From assembly GCA_963803705.1 (NCBI GenBank), contig CAWDNU010000003.1, positions 160,001 to 224,000 of the forward strand: 64,000 bases of DNA. Reading direction: 5' to 3'. Shown here piece after piece: positions 31,371-41,780 of the stretch (position 1 is its first letter; the number at the start of each line of letters is the position of its first letter). A model generated the notes under the pieces. It was not told the origin of the DNA and made no database searches. It saw only the letters and a program-made list of their open reading frames with translations. This DNA comes from an uncultured Pseudobdellovibrionaceae bacterium (lineage in GTDB: Bacteria > Bdellovibrionota > Bdellovibrionia > Bdellovibrionales > UBA1609). A program made the translations under genes and the position numbers.

Positions 31371-31844
31371 ATGAGATACATATTTTTGACCGCTTTGCAC
31401 TTAAGTTTATTTATTGGTGTCAGCCTGCAGGCTAAGCCTGATCTTGAGGTTTCTCTTTTAGCCTTAAAAAAGATATTATATGTTAATCCATACATCGAGC
31501 CTGCAGACGAAAGAGATGCTAAAAAAAAGTTTACGGATTTGGTTGCCGATTATCTAAATCCCGGTATCTTCACCATTTTTGATGATTCTACGGGTAGCTC
31601 ATTGACTCATTTTTCTTATACAACAAACACATGCGATGTTTTCAACGAAGAAGCTACTTTTTCAGTTTATAATTGTGAATATACGACTGGTTACTCAAAA
31701 GCCGTAAAAGTTGATGAACTTGGTAAAGTGGAACTTGATTTGGGTCTTTTGAATTCCAGTGGAATCAGTATTTTGTACGACCTAAAGCTTAAGTCCGACG
31801 ACAGTGCCGCAGAGTTTTCAAATACGGCTTATTATATATTTTAA
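31371..31844 (+). CDS. Hypothetical exported protein
   Basis: Signal peptide MRYIFL...LQA; no recognised domain. Confidence 0.55.
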   Translation: MRYIFLTALHLSLFIGVSLQAKPDLEVSLLALKKILYVNPYIEPADERDAKKKFTDLVADYLNPGIFTIFDDSTGSSLTHFSYTTNTCDVFNEEATFSVYNCEYTTGYSKAVKVDELGKVELDLGLLNSSGISILYDLKLKSDDSAAEFSNTAYYIF

Positions 31845-31846
31845 GT

Positions 31847-33304
31847 CTACCTTCTAAATTTGTGAAACATCTTCAAATACTTAAAAACCCAGTCGGGTTT
31901 ATTTTTTTGCTTCCATGCGCTTGCGGCAAATTTGTTAGCCTCGCTAAGGCCTGGGTAGGGGTGAGTGGTGGACATAATTTGATTTAAGCCGTAGTTATTT
32001 TTCATAGCAGAAACAAATTCCATTAGCATATCACTTGCACTTGGCGAAACTATTGTCGCCCCCAAAATTTTGTCACTCCCTTTTTTAGTCAAAACTTTTA
32101 CAAAGCCTTCGGTTTCTGATTCAGCCACTGCACGGTCATTTTTTTCTAAATTGTAAATAGTTGCTTCATATTCAACCTGGTCCTCCTTTGCTTTTTGTTC
32201 AGTTAACCCAACAGTTGCTACTTCTGGATCTGTGAACGTAGCCCAAGGGACTACAGAGTAATCAACTTTAAACTTTTTGAAGGGTTGAAACAAACTATTG
32301 ATTGATGCAAACCAAGCCTGGTGGGAAGCCATATGGGTGAACTGATATGGTCCTGCTACATCTCCGCAAGCAAAGATATTTTTATATTTTGTAGTTCTTA
32401 AATACTTATCAACCTTCAATGTTTTCTGAGGCTCAAGTTCAAGCCCCAGGTCCTCTAGCCCCATGTTCTCGGTGTTTGCTTTACGTCCTAAAGCAAGTAA
32501 AACCATATCAAACTCGATACTTTCTGTTTGGCCGTCGGCGGTCTCAATAACTAAAAATTGCTTTTCGTCTTTCTTATAAAAACTTTTAGCTTTGCAGCTT
32601 GTATAAAGTTTTATACCTTCGCTACGAAACTTTGCTTCTATGACTTTTGAAACCTCTTCGTCCTCTTTGGTCATTAACCTAGGTGCTAATTCAATCTGTG
32701 AAACATCAGAACCAAATCTGGCAAAGCATTGAGCCAATTCGCAGCCAATTGCACCGCCACCTAGAACAATAAACTTTTTAGGCAAAGATTTTAACTTCCA
32801 CAAAGTATCAGATGTTACAAAATTAATGTCGTCCAACCCCTCAAAGGGTGGAATCACAGGCCTTGCCCCAGATGCTATCACTATATTCTTTGTGGTCAAA
32901 ACCTTGCCGTTGACTTCAACTTGCCACGGGGACTTTATTTTGGCCTCACCTTTAAAACATTCGACCCCTAAGCTTTCATAACGCTCAACAGAGTCATGGG
33001 GTTCAATTTTTTTTATAACACTGTGAACTCGGTTCATAATATCTTTAAAATCAAACTCTATATCAACTTTCTTTAAACCATATTTCTCAGCGTTTTTTGC
33101 CATTCCAAAAATCTTAGCGGATTTGATCAAAGCTTTACTTGGTACACAACCGGTATTTAAACAGTCGCCACCCATCTGATGCTTTTCAATCAAAGCTACT
33201 TTAGCTTTTAAAAGTGAAGTGATATATGAGGTCACAAGCCCTGCGCTTCCTGCGCCGATCACCACAGAATTGTATTCAAATTTTTTAGGCTTTGAAAATT
33301 TCAT
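31847..33304 (-). CDS. Pyridine nucleotide-disulfide oxidoreductase (dihydrolipoamide dehydrogenase/mercuric reductase-like)
   Basis: GAGSAG, GGDCLNTGCVPSK, GGGAIG, HPYP; lacks the MerA C-terminal CC. Confidence 0.9.
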   Translation of the reverse strand: MKFSKPKKFEYNSVVIGAGSAGLVTSYITSLLKAKVALIEKHQMGGDCLNTGCVPSKALIKSAKIFGMAKNAEKYGLKKVDIEFDFKDIMNRVHSVIKKIEPHDSVERYESLGVECFKGEAKIKSPWQVEVNGKVLTTKNIVIASGARPVIPPFEGLDDINFVTSDTLWKLKSLPKKFIVLGGGAIGCELAQCFARFGSDVSQIELAPRLMTKEDEEVSKVIEAKFRSEGIKLYTSCKAKSFYKKDEKQFLVIETADGQTESIEFDMVLLALGRKANTENMGLEDLGLELEPQKTLKVDKYLRTTKYKNIFACGDVAGPYQFTHMASHQAWFASINSLFQPFKKFKVDYSVVPWATFTDPEVATVGLTEQKAKEDQVEYEATIYNLEKNDRAVAESETEGFVKVLTKKGSDKILGATIVSPSASDMLMEFVSAMKNNYGLNQIMSTTHPYPGLSEANKFAASAWKQKNKPDWVFKYLKMFHKFRR

Positions 33305-33442
33305 CGGGTAGCTCCAGCGGTAAAAAAGTTAGTATCAGTCTAATAGTTAAGACGGTCTAAGGACAAATTATTAATTAGGGGTATAGAATAGCCTTGCTAT
33401 TCATTAATTGAATAGATCGAAGGTAAAGGCCACGATGAAGGG

Positions 33443-34150
33443 TCAGTTATTAGTGATCTGAATATTTTTCTTACGGTTAATAAAACCAATGACTTTCTTA
33501 ATAGCCAGTGGAAACAACCCTAAAAGTACAAAAGATAAAATGAGAGCTGGTGATACTATATCTTTGGAAGACTCTATCTCAGAAATCTGAGTGCCAGCGT
33601 TGACGTAGATTGCAGTTCCAGGAAGCATCGCAATTTGACTGACCCAATAGTATGTCCAAAATCTTATTGGAGTTAATCCCATTAATAGATTAACCAAAAA
33701 AAAAGGAAAAATGGGCATTAACCGCAAGGTAAAAAGGTAATATGCACCTTCCTTTTTTACCCCCTGATTAATTCGTTCGATTTTAGATCCAAAATTATTT
33801 TGGACCCAGTCTTTTAAAAAATAGCGAGTAGCTATGAAAGCAAGACCGGCGCCTATAGTGCTTGCAAATGAAGAAAGTAGGGTCCCAAGGCCAAAGCCAA
33901 AAATTAGCCCAGATGCTAATGTCAAAATAGCTGCTCCTGGTAAACTTAGAGCAGTGCTTGCAACATAGATTATAAAAAATCCTGAGCAGGCAAGGATTAA
34001 GTTGTTATTAGCCCAGGCTTTTAGTGCTTCATTATTTTGCTTTAAAGACTCAAAAGTAAGGTACTTATGGCCACCGAAATAGAAAAAAATGAAGAAAACA
34101 GTTAATATGAGGGCTAGAAGGCCCAATTTCTTACAATTTTTTGAACTCAT
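33443..34150 (-). CDS. TVP38/TMEM64 (VTT/DedA) family membrane protein
   Basis: LSLPGAAILTL, LRLMPIFPFFLVN, SQIAMLPGT. Confidence 0.9.
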   Translation of the reverse strand: MSSKNCKKLGLLALILTVFFIFFYFGGHKYLTFESLKQNNEALKAWANNNLILACSGFFIIYVASTALSLPGAAILTLASGLIFGFGLGTLLSSFASTIGAGLAFIATRYFLKDWVQNNFGSKIERINQGVKKEGAYYLFTLRLMPIFPFFLVNLLMGLTPIRFWTYYWVSQIAMLPGTAIYVNAGTQISEIESSKDIVSPALILSFVLLGLFPLAIKKVIGFINRKKNIQITNN

Positions 34151-34272
34151 TGCTAATCCTTATAGTGACCTGGGCTTAAAACTGTTTTATGAAAGTCCGT
34201 ATCAGTTAGAGCTAGTATAGTTTAAATTGAAGCGAAGTTGGTATTCAAAACGTTTTTACTCGCTGAGACAAA

Positions 34273-34291
34273 CGTAATGAAAATCACTTGT
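34273..34291 (+). promoter_or_regulatory. Fur-box-like site upstream of folE2-fur-uvrA
   Basis: CGTAATGAAAATCACTTGT matches 12/19 of GATAATGATAATCATTATC. Confidence 0.35.
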
Positions 34292-34404
34292 ATTAAACTT
34301 TGACTCAGTTTAATGTCTTCTAAACTAGTTTAATAAGTGTTAAACTCAAGTATTAACAAAATTCAATCGCATGTAGTTGTTAACATTAAATTTAAAGGTA
34401 AATA

Positions 34405-35355
34405 ATGAAAACGGTATCAGCACAGTCATTTGGCTCTCAATCAAAAGCCTCTATGCCTGATGTTACAAGCGCGCAAAAGTCTAACTTTCAAATTCCACTA
34501 GACTGGGTTGGTATGGGCGAGGTTGAAACTGCTCTTCTACACGATTCGGGCGACGGCCTTTTTCTGTTACCTGCGAAAGCAAATATTTATGTAAATCTTG
34601 TTGATCCAAATGCGAAGGGCATTCACATGTCTAGGATTTATCTGTTAGCGACTCAAGAGTTGGAAAAAAATAATGTAACTTCAAAAAGCATCCGGACTCT
34701 TTTAGAAAAAATGGTCTCAAGCCAAGATGGGCAAAGTAGTCAAGCTAGAATTAATTTGAATTTTGAATTTCCCGTTAAAAGAAAAGCTTTGATGAGCGAC
34801 TTGGAAGGACTAAGGCATTATCCGATTTGCTTGGACTGGGAGTTGGACAAAGATGGGAATGTAACTCAAATTCTACAGTTGGAAGTCATATACTCAAGCA
34901 CTTGTCCATGTTCTGCAGCTTTAGCTAGGCAGCTGATAAAAAACAAATGGATTACAGATTTTAAATCATCCGAGTCTGTTTCTGTCGAAGAGGTTGCTAA
35001 CTGGTTAGAGCAAGAGAAGTCAATAGTTGCCACCCCACACGCGCAACGAAGTAGAGCTATTGTTAGATTAAAAATTGGCAACTCACAGGATATTGATTAC
35101 ATAAAATTTATCGATATTTTGGAAACAACTTTAAAGACACCAGTTCAAACTGCGGTTAAACGTGAAGACGAACAAGAGTTTGCACGGTTAAACGGCTCTC
35201 ACTTGATGTTTTGTGAAGATGCCGCCAGAGAGATTTACTCAGCTTTAAAAATGAACGATAGCATTGAAGACTTTTGGTTAAGAGTAGAGCATTTGGAGAG
35301 TTTACATTCTCACAATGCCGTAAGTGAAACGTCTAAATATGGGCGAAAAATTTAA
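34405..35355 (+). CDS. folE2: GTP cyclohydrolase FolE2 (type IB)
   Basis: KGIHMSR, YSSTCPCS, PHAQRS, VKREDEQ, FCED, ESLHSHNA. Confidence 0.95.
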   Translation: MKTVSAQSFGSQSKASMPDVTSAQKSNFQIPLDWVGMGEVETALLHDSGDGLFLLPAKANIYVNLVDPNAKGIHMSRIYLLATQELEKNNVTSKSIRTLLEKMVSSQDGQSSQARINLNFEFPVKRKALMSDLEGLRHYPICLDWELDKDGNVTQILQLEVIYSSTCPCSAALARQLIKNKWITDFKSSESVSVEEVANWLEQEKSIVATPHAQRSRAIVRLKIGNSQDIDYIKFIDILETTLKTPVQTAVKREDEQEFARLNGSHLMFCEDAAREIYSALKMNDSIEDFWLRVEHLESLHSHNAVSETSKYGRKI

Positions 35356-35384
35356 AAATTATGATAAAAAATCAAGGAGAGGTT

Positions 35385-35939
35385 ATGCAAAGTTTATATA
35401 AAGATTTACCAGTTGGAAGTAACAACCTAGCCGACGACGGCGTACCGTCCCTGATCAGGGGCGAGCAAAATCCCAAGGAAGAGTTAGTTACACGAGAAAG
35501 GCTTGATTCTAAAGCTTTCAAAAGAATGATTAGAGACATGAGTTTGAAAGTTACCAAGCAAAGGTTAGCAATTTTGGAAGCCCTAAATATGGGGCAAGCA
35601 CACGTTACAGCTCAGGAAGTTTATGAGATCGTAAATATCAAACATCCAGAAATTGGTTTTGCTACAGTCTATCGTTTTTTGCGAAAACTGACTGACAATA
35701 AGTATGTAACTGAAGTTCGAATGGGTGGCATGCCAGCAAGGTACGAACTCTCACCCAACAATCATCACGATCACATTACTTGCATAGGTTGCGGTAAGAT
35801 CGTTGAATTTCAAAATGATCAAATTGAAAGGTTGCAGATAGAGGTTGCCCAGAAACACGAATTTATTTTAACCAGCCACGTCTTAGAGTTATACGGTGTG
35901 TGCGGTAATTCAAGCTGTCGCTCCAAGCACGCAAAGTAG
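35385..35939 (+). CDS. fur: Fur family transcriptional repressor
   Basis: KVTKQR, IGFATVYR, HHDHITCIGCG, YGVC; GGAG RBS before ATG 35385. Confidence 0.88.
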   Translation: MQSLYKDLPVGSNNLADDGVPSLIRGEQNPKEELVTRERLDSKAFKRMIRDMSLKVTKQRLAILEALNMGQAHVTAQEVYEIVNIKHPEIGFATVYRFLRKLTDNKYVTEVRMGGMPARYELSPNNHHDHITCIGCGKIVEFQNDQIERLQIEVAQKHEFILTSHVLELYGVCGNSSCRSKHAK

Positions 35940-35942
35940 TAA

Positions 35943-38555
35943 ATGAATAATTACATTCGTGTGAAAGGTGCCAGCGAGCATAATTTGAAAAATGTTTCCG
36001 TGGATATACCTAAAAACAGTTTAGTAGTGATTACTGGTCTTAGCGGAAGCGGGAAATCTTCTCTTGCTTTCGACACTATATATGCCGAGGGTCAACGCCG
36101 TTTCCTAGAAGGTCTGTCAAGCTTTTCTAGGCAGTATATGGTGCAATTTAAAAAGCCACAGGTTGAGTCTATTCAGGGTTTAACGCCTGCTATCGCCATT
36201 GAACAAAAAACCACCAATACCAGTCCAAGATCCACAGTAGGTACTATTACCGGAATCTACGATTTTTTGCGTCTGCTTTTCGCTCGGGTGGGCGTAGCCA
36301 AGTGTCCAAAACACGGGGTAGATGTTAAGTCTTCGGATACAGAAACAGTTTTGGGTCTGCTTTTATCTTCTTATATCGGTAAAAAAATTCAAATCTTAGC
36401 TCCGGTCGCAAGTCAAAAAAAGGGTGAATTTCAAAAAGAACTTCGGTACTGGGAGTCTAAGGGCTTTTTGCGTGCTCGTATTGACGGGAAGTGGGTGGAA
36501 CTTGCTGAAGTAATCAAGTTAGCAAAAACCAAACCACATGACATTGAGGTGTTAGTAGACCAGCTGCCTGTTCAGGAAAAGTTTAGTCACAGAATAAAAA
36601 GTAGTTTAAACCGAGCTTTCGATATTGCATCCGGATTGGTTACTGTGGTTTTTTTAGACTCTGACGAAAAGAAACTATTTTCTTTAGATGCCTCTTGCCC
36701 AGAGTGCGGTTATAGTTTTCCAGATTTAGATCCCAACCATTTTAGTTTCAACAATCCAAGAGGCTCTTGTGAAGAGTGTAAAGGCCTTGGCACAACTGAT
36801 ATTCAAGAAGAGTCGGTGCTGCTTGATGGTTATGATGGGCAGAAGTCGAGTGTTTCAAAATTTAAGTATGTAGGTAATGAGTCAGCTAAAGGTGATCATT
36901 CGGACGAAGACAACGAAATACCTAATCACCTAAGGCCTTGTAAGGCTTGCGAGGGAACTCGACTTAATATGAAAGCTTTGAATGTTTTCATCTTTGAGAA
37001 AAATATATCCGAACTTTCACACATGTCGTTGTCTAAACTTAGAAGTTTTTTTGGTGATTTAATGTTACAGGGCCGAGACAAAGAGGTTGGCGATAAAATA
37101 ATCTTACAGATTCTAAGTCGTCTTACTTACATAGATAATATAGGAGCTGGATACTTATCGCTATCTAGAACGTCTTCAACCTTATCAGGTGGCGAAAGTC
37201 AGCGGATACGCTTGGCCACACAGTTGGGAGCATCGATGGTCGGTGTGCTTTATGTCCTAGACGAGCCTTCGATAGGCCTTCATCCCAGGGACCACCATAA
37301 GCTTCTTAGTCATTTAAACGAGATTAAAGACCGAGGAAACACTATTATTGTGGTAGAGCATGATGAAGAGACAATGCAGAGCGCAGATTTTATTGTAGAT
37401 ATCGGGCCTCGTGCCGGCGAGTATGGTGGCGTAATTCAAGCCACTGGCGATCTTGAAAGTATCAAAAGTAATCCTGACAGTTTAACCGGGCAGTACCTGA
37501 GCCACGTAAAAAATATTCCTTTTCCCCAAGTGAGAAGGTCTAAAGCTAAATCTGAATTGCATTTGAAAAAAGCGAGCGGTCATAATTTAAAAGACGTTGA
37601 CGCATATTTTCCGTTGGGACATCTAATCGGAATCTCTGGGATTTCGGGCAGTGGTAAGAGCACTTTAATTATCGACACTTTATATCCGGCTTTAAGCCAG
37701 AGCGTTTACGGTTTCAACAAATATTCCGAGCCTTTCGAATCCTTAACTGGTTATGAAGATATCGACAAAGTTATACGAATTAATCAAAACCCGATTGGCA
37801 GAACTCCGCGTTCAACACCCGCAACTTATGTTGGGCTATTTCCATTAATTAGAGATTTATACGCTAGGCTTCCTGATGCAAAGGTTCGCGGATTTAAACC
37901 TGGACACTTTAGTTTTAATGTTAAGGGCGGTCGCTGCGAGACTTGTAAGGGGCATGGTCAGGCTAAAATAGAAATGCATTTCCTAACTGATGTTTACGTG
38001 CCTTGTGAGGATTGCAGAGGGCGGCGCTATAATGGCAGTGTTTTAACTGTTAAATTCAAAGATAGAAGCATCGCTGACATATTAGAAATGTCGGTGACCG
38101 ATGCAAAAGATTTTTTTAAAAATCAAATAAAGATTTACGCTAAGCTTAAAACTTTAGATGAAGTAGGCCTAGGTTATTTAAGGTTAGGACAAAGCTCTTT
38201 GACCTTATCTGGTGGTGAAGCTCAAAGGGTTAAACTGAGCAGAGAACTTTCTAAAAGATCAACGGGAAAAACCTTCTACATTTTAGACGAACCAACAACA
38301 GGCCTTCACTTCGAAGATATAAAAAAACTAGTAGAATTGCTACACCGCCTGGTTGACCAAGGTAACACTGTAGTTGTTATAGAACACAATATGGACGTGC
38401 TTAAAAACTGCGACCACATTATTGAGTTGGGTCCAGAAGGCGGCGAGCAGGGTGGTTTGATAACTTTTCAAGGGACCCCAGAGAAGCTAGCAGTTCATAA
38501 GAAAAGTTTTACCGCGCCTTTTCTGAAGAAATCCTTAAGTCTTCAGACTACCTAA
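35943..38555 (+). CDS. uvrA: Excinuclease ABC subunit A
   Basis: Two ABC modules (GLSGSGKSSLAFDT, LSGGESQR; GISGSGKST, LSGGEAQR) and zinc fingers. Confidence 0.97.
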   Translation: MNNYIRVKGASEHNLKNVSVDIPKNSLVVITGLSGSGKSSLAFDTIYAEGQRRFLEGLSSFSRQYMVQFKKPQVESIQGLTPAIAIEQKTTNTSPRSTVGTITGIYDFLRLLFARVGVAKCPKHGVDVKSSDTETVLGLLLSSYIGKKIQILAPVASQKKGEFQKELRYWESKGFLRARIDGKWVELAEVIKLAKTKPHDIEVLVDQLPVQEKFSHRIKSSLNRAFDIASGLVTVVFLDSDEKKLFSLDASCPECGYSFPDLDPNHFSFNNPRGSCEECKGLGTTDIQEESVLLDGYDGQKSSVSKFKYVGNESAKGDHSDEDNEIPNHLRPCKACEGTRLNMKALNVFIFEKNISELSHMSLSKLRSFFGDLMLQGRDKEVGDKIILQILSRLTYIDNIGAGYLSLSRTSSTLSGGESQRIRLATQLGASMVGVLYVLDEPSIGLHPRDHHKLLSHLNEIKDRGNTIIVVEHDEETMQSADFIVDIGPRAGEYGGVIQATGDLESIKSNPDSLTGQYLSHVKNIPFPQVRRSKAKSELHLKKASGHNLKDVDAYFPLGHLIGISGISGSGKSTLIIDTLYPALSQSVYGFNKYSEPFESLTGYEDIDKVIRINQNPIGRTPRSTPATYVGLFPLIRDLYARLPDAKVRGFKPGHFSFNVKGGRCETCKGHGQAKIEMHFLTDVYVPCEDCRGRRYNGSVLTVKFKDRSIADILEMSVTDAKDFFKNQIKIYAKLKTLDEVGLGYLRLGQSSLTLSGGEAQRVKLSRELSKRSTGKTFYILDEPTTGLHFEDIKKLVELLHRLVDQGNTVVVIEHNMDVLKNCDHIIELGPEGGEQGGLITFQGTPEKLAVHKKSFTAPFLKKSLSLQTT

Positions 38556-38580
38556 AAGTTGAATCATTTTTTTAAAATTT

Positions 38581-39318
38581 TTGTCTCAGAAAGAGAAAGA
38601 TTTAATATTTTCATTAAATAATAATCAACTAGACCCCGATAAAGGTATTGATATTGCGGGGCACGTTGTGAGTTGGAATGATATACCTGATTGGTCAAAA
38701 CCTGTTGTTAAGTCAATTTTAGAAACTGTAAGGGCCAAAGACCCTTATACTTTTTTTCACTGTTGTCGTGTTGGTAGAAGCGCTAGGCTTTTAGGTAAGG
38801 CAGCCGGTATGAATGAATACGAACAGGTGGTTTTAGAATATGCTGGACTTTTACATGATGTTGGTAAGATTGGAATTCCTGACAACATTTTACTTAAACC
38901 TGCAAAGCTAAATACAGAAGAGATTCATATGATGAATATGCATCCGATAAAAAGCTTGCAGATAATCAAACCTTTGATGACTCAAAATTTTTTCAAGGAC
39001 GTAGCAGTGGGCGTAGAGCTCCATCATGAACGCCCGGACGGTCGGGGTTATCCTTATGGTCTGAGTGCAAATAATATTTCAGAGCTCGTTAAAATGATAA
39101 GCCTGGTTGACTCGATAGATGCTATGACTAGCGTAAGACCTTACAGAAAGCCACTGTCTGATCAAGCGTGCATTGATGAGATAACAAAAAATGCTGGTAC
39201 CCAGTTCGATGAACAGCTGGTAAAAATTTATATTAAGTCCAATCCATTTTTTAAAAAAGAAATTGATTCCATTAAATCACAGGATCAAATCGCACATTCG
39301 CTTCTTGTCGCCGCTTAA
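38581..39318 (+). CDS. HD-GYP domain protein (putative c-di-GMP phosphodiesterase); likely start GTG 38668
   Basis: LLHDVGKIG, HHERPDGRGYPYGL, RPYR. Confidence 0.9.
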   Translation: MSQKEKDLIFSLNNNQLDPDKGIDIAGHVVSWNDIPDWSKPVVKSILETVRAKDPYTFFHCCRVGRSARLLGKAAGMNEYEQVVLEYAGLLHDVGKIGIPDNILLKPAKLNTEEIHMMNMHPIKSLQIIKPLMTQNFFKDVAVGVELHHERPDGRGYPYGLSANNISELVKMISLVDSIDAMTSVRPYRKPLSDQACIDEITKNAGTQFDEQLVKIYIKSNPFFKKEIDSIKSQDQIAHSLLVAA

Positions 39319-39354
39319 CCACACATTTAACATTTTTTTTAAAAGGACTCCTAA

Positions 39355-39867
39355 ATGTTAGTCACCAAAAAAAAGATAAATTCATTTGTAGGCTCTGTAG
39401 TTTTAAGCCTTGTAGCTACTCTATTTCTAACTCCTCGGCTAATAGCAGGCCCTTTTGCCCCGGACCAAATGTTTGAAGATCCAGGAGTTGAATCCTTTAA
39501 AAGCCAAATAGACTTTTCTGAAGAAGATATTTCTAAAGAAAAATTAATCGTGGATCTTCTTGGCGCAAGTGTAGTCCAGTTGGAAACTAACATGCTCAAT
39601 CTTAGAAAATGCACCAACCAGTTCCAAACGGAGCATTGCGAAAATTTTTTATCGTATTGTTTGGCAAGCTCCGAAAATGTATACGCCATTCAAAAAACTT
39701 TAGATATGATCCAAGCTCATGTGATCCAACCTGTCTCTACTTCTAGCTCTAGAAAAATTAGTAGTATTGTCCAGTTTGATTTCGATTCAAACGATCTAGC
39801 AAATTATAAAGCTTTGAAGTTTAAATATAAATTTTTGGATGAAGAAAAAAATAAAATATGTAAATAG
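39355..39867 (+). CDS. Hypothetical exported protein
   Basis: AAGGA RBS, N-terminal hydrophobic segment. Confidence 0.55.
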   Translation: MLVTKKKINSFVGSVVLSLVATLFLTPRLIAGPFAPDQMFEDPGVESFKSQIDFSEEDISKEKLIVDLLGASVVQLETNMLNLRKCTNQFQTEHCENFLSYCLASSENVYAIQKTLDMIQAHVIQPVSTSSSRKISSIVQFDFDSNDLANYKALKFKYKFLDEEKNKICK

Positions 39868-39870
39868 CAT

Positions 39871-40488
39871 TTAGCCATCAACTAAGTTTTCTAATTGCTT
39901 TAGATACTTTAAACATTTGATCATGGGTAAGCCTTCGATTGAGCTGAGGTCTTCTGACTTTATTATGTCTAATAAAGTGTGTCCTAAAGATTCAAATTTG
40001 TAACCACCAGCGCAATCAAAAGGTTTATCCTTTTTTACATAAGCCAAAATTTCTAGGTCGGTTAAGGGTTTCATTTTTAATTCGGTGTGATCCAAAAACT
40101 CAATGTACTTTAGGTTTTCATTTTCATTTATCTGATAGATTAAGCAAACAGCAGTGATTAACGTGTGAGATTTGGACTGAAGCTTTTTTAGATGTTCCAA
40201 ATTATTTTCTAAAGAACCTGGCTTGTCCAAAAGCTGGTCTTCGAACACACAGATTTGGTCAGATCCGATAATAGTAAAAGGAGCTTTGTAAATTTTTTTT
40301 AGAGCAACAGATTGACTTTTAAGTCTTGCAAGTTCTTGAGCCACAAAAGCAGGTTTTTTAGTCATATATCTTTTTTTGATCAAAGACTCATCGACCTCTG
40401 GCTTGCAAACAATTGGATTGAGCCCTGATTTTTTAAGCAGATTTAATCGGTAAGGGGACGAGCTCGCCAATATAAGTTTCATAGTCAA
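39871..40488 (-). CDS. maf: Maf family nucleoside triphosphate pyrophosphatase (YceF-like)
   Basis: LILASSSPYR, IIGSDQ, KPG, CAGGY, IEGLP. Confidence 0.93.
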   Translation of the reverse strand: MTMKLILASSSPYRLNLLKKSGLNPIVCKPEVDESLIKKRYMTKKPAFVAQELARLKSQSVALKKIYKAPFTIIGSDQICVFEDQLLDKPGSLENNLEHLKKLQSKSHTLITAVCLIYQINENENLKYIEFLDHTELKMKPLTDLEILAYVKKDKPFDCAGGYKFESLGHTLLDIIKSEDLSSIEGLPMIKCLKYLKQLENLVDG

Positions 40489-40526
40489 AAGTTGCCAGCA
40501 GAAAAGAATTCAGTCAATAATGTCTT

Positions 40527-41624
40527 ATGGAAACTTATCAGACTTACATTCACAATATTGACCCCTTTTTAATCCAATTTACATCAAGCTTCGGCATACG
40601 TTGGTATGGTTTGGCATACCTTGCAGGTATTGTTTTGGGCTATTTCATTATTTTAAAACTTATTAGAAAGGGTAAGATGCAAATTGGTGAAGAGATTTTA
40701 TCCGACTTCGCAACTTGGATGGCGTTTGGGATCCTAATTGGTGGACGGTTGGGGTACTGCCTATTTTATGCCCCCCATTTATTTTTAGAGTTTGGATCTA
40801 GCCTTCCTTATTGGGGAGTCTTAGAGGTTCATAAGGGTGGAATGGCTAGCCATGGGGGAATTGCCGGTGTTTCGGCTGCTTGTTTCTTTTTCGCTAAGAA
40901 GCACAAGCTTAATTTTTTGCACTGTTTAGATGTTACTGTTTTAGGTGGGTCACTGGGCTTTTTTTTTGGTCGCATTGCAAACTTTATCAATGGCGAGCTT
41001 TATGGGCGAGAAGTAGCCAGCAAAGTAGCATGGGCTGTTAAATTCCCTTCCGAACTAAGGGAGTGGGCGTCCTACACCCCTGTGAAGCTAGAACGCTTAG
41101 GGGCTTTGGTAGAAAGCTTAGGTGCAATTCCTACGAATACAACTGGGGTTCCAAGCTCTATCCAAGCAAGTAGCCCCCAATGGTCAGCCTGGGTTCAGCA
41201 GTACAAAATAAACAGCAATGCAAACTTTAGCGTGAATCAAACCTTAGATTATCTTCAAGCCCAAGTGTATGTTGGCAACGAGACTGTGTTGTCAGGGCTG
41301 CAATGGGTATTGACTGCTAGACATCCATCCCAAATTTACCAAGCTCTGTTAGAGGGGTTATTCGTTTTTATAGCCTTAAACATTGTTTGGTTAAAACCTC
41401 GTCACCCTGGGGTTATTGCGGCGTGGTTTGGAGGGCTGTATGCTGTGGCTCGGATCATCGGCGAACAGTTTAGGATGCCGGATGCATCAATAGGCTATCA
41501 ACTGCTAGGCCTAACGCGTGGGCAGTGGCTAAGTGTTTTTATGTTGCTGGCAGCAGGACTTTTATATTTATACTCTGTAAGGAAAAATGGGACGAAATAC
41601 GGTGGCTGGAATGCCCACAAATAA
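40527..41624 (+). CDS. lgt: Prolipoprotein diacylglyceryl transferase
   Basis: IRWYGLAY, GGRLGY, GGMASHGG, GRIANFINGELYGR, RHPSQIY. Confidence 0.96.
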   Translation: METYQTYIHNIDPFLIQFTSSFGIRWYGLAYLAGIVLGYFIILKLIRKGKMQIGEEILSDFATWMAFGILIGGRLGYCLFYAPHLFLEFGSSLPYWGVLEVHKGGMASHGGIAGVSAACFFFAKKHKLNFLHCLDVTVLGGSLGFFFGRIANFINGELYGREVASKVAWAVKFPSELREWASYTPVKLERLGALVESLGAIPTNTTGVPSSIQASSPQWSAWVQQYKINSNANFSVNQTLDYLQAQVYVGNETVLSGLQWVLTARHPSQIYQALLEGLFVFIALNIVWLKPRHPGVIAAWFGGLYAVARIIGEQFRMPDASIGYQLLGLTRGQWLSVFMLLAAGLLYLYSVRKNGTKYGGWNAHK

Positions 41625-41780
41625 GTTTAAATATATGATTCTCTAAGTTATATTCAAGTTTAAGCCTTAAAAAGCTCAGACATACGTTTGTAGCACTTTG
41701 CTTTACAAAGCACTACAATCCGAACTCGTTTTTAAGGCTTAAACTTGAATATAATTTAGAGAATCATCTATTTAAATTTA
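41622..41780. repeat. Long inverted repeat (52-bp arms 41622-41673 / 41729-41780, 3 mismatches) with nested hairpin; followed by TAAACT hexamer repeats
   Basis: Direct comparison of the arms; inner TTGTAG..CTTTG..CAAAG..CTACAA. Confidence 0.9.

Noticed and set aside
31847..33304. merA (mercuric reductase)
   Set aside because: No C-terminal Cys-Cys, no N-terminal HMA domain and no mer genes nearby
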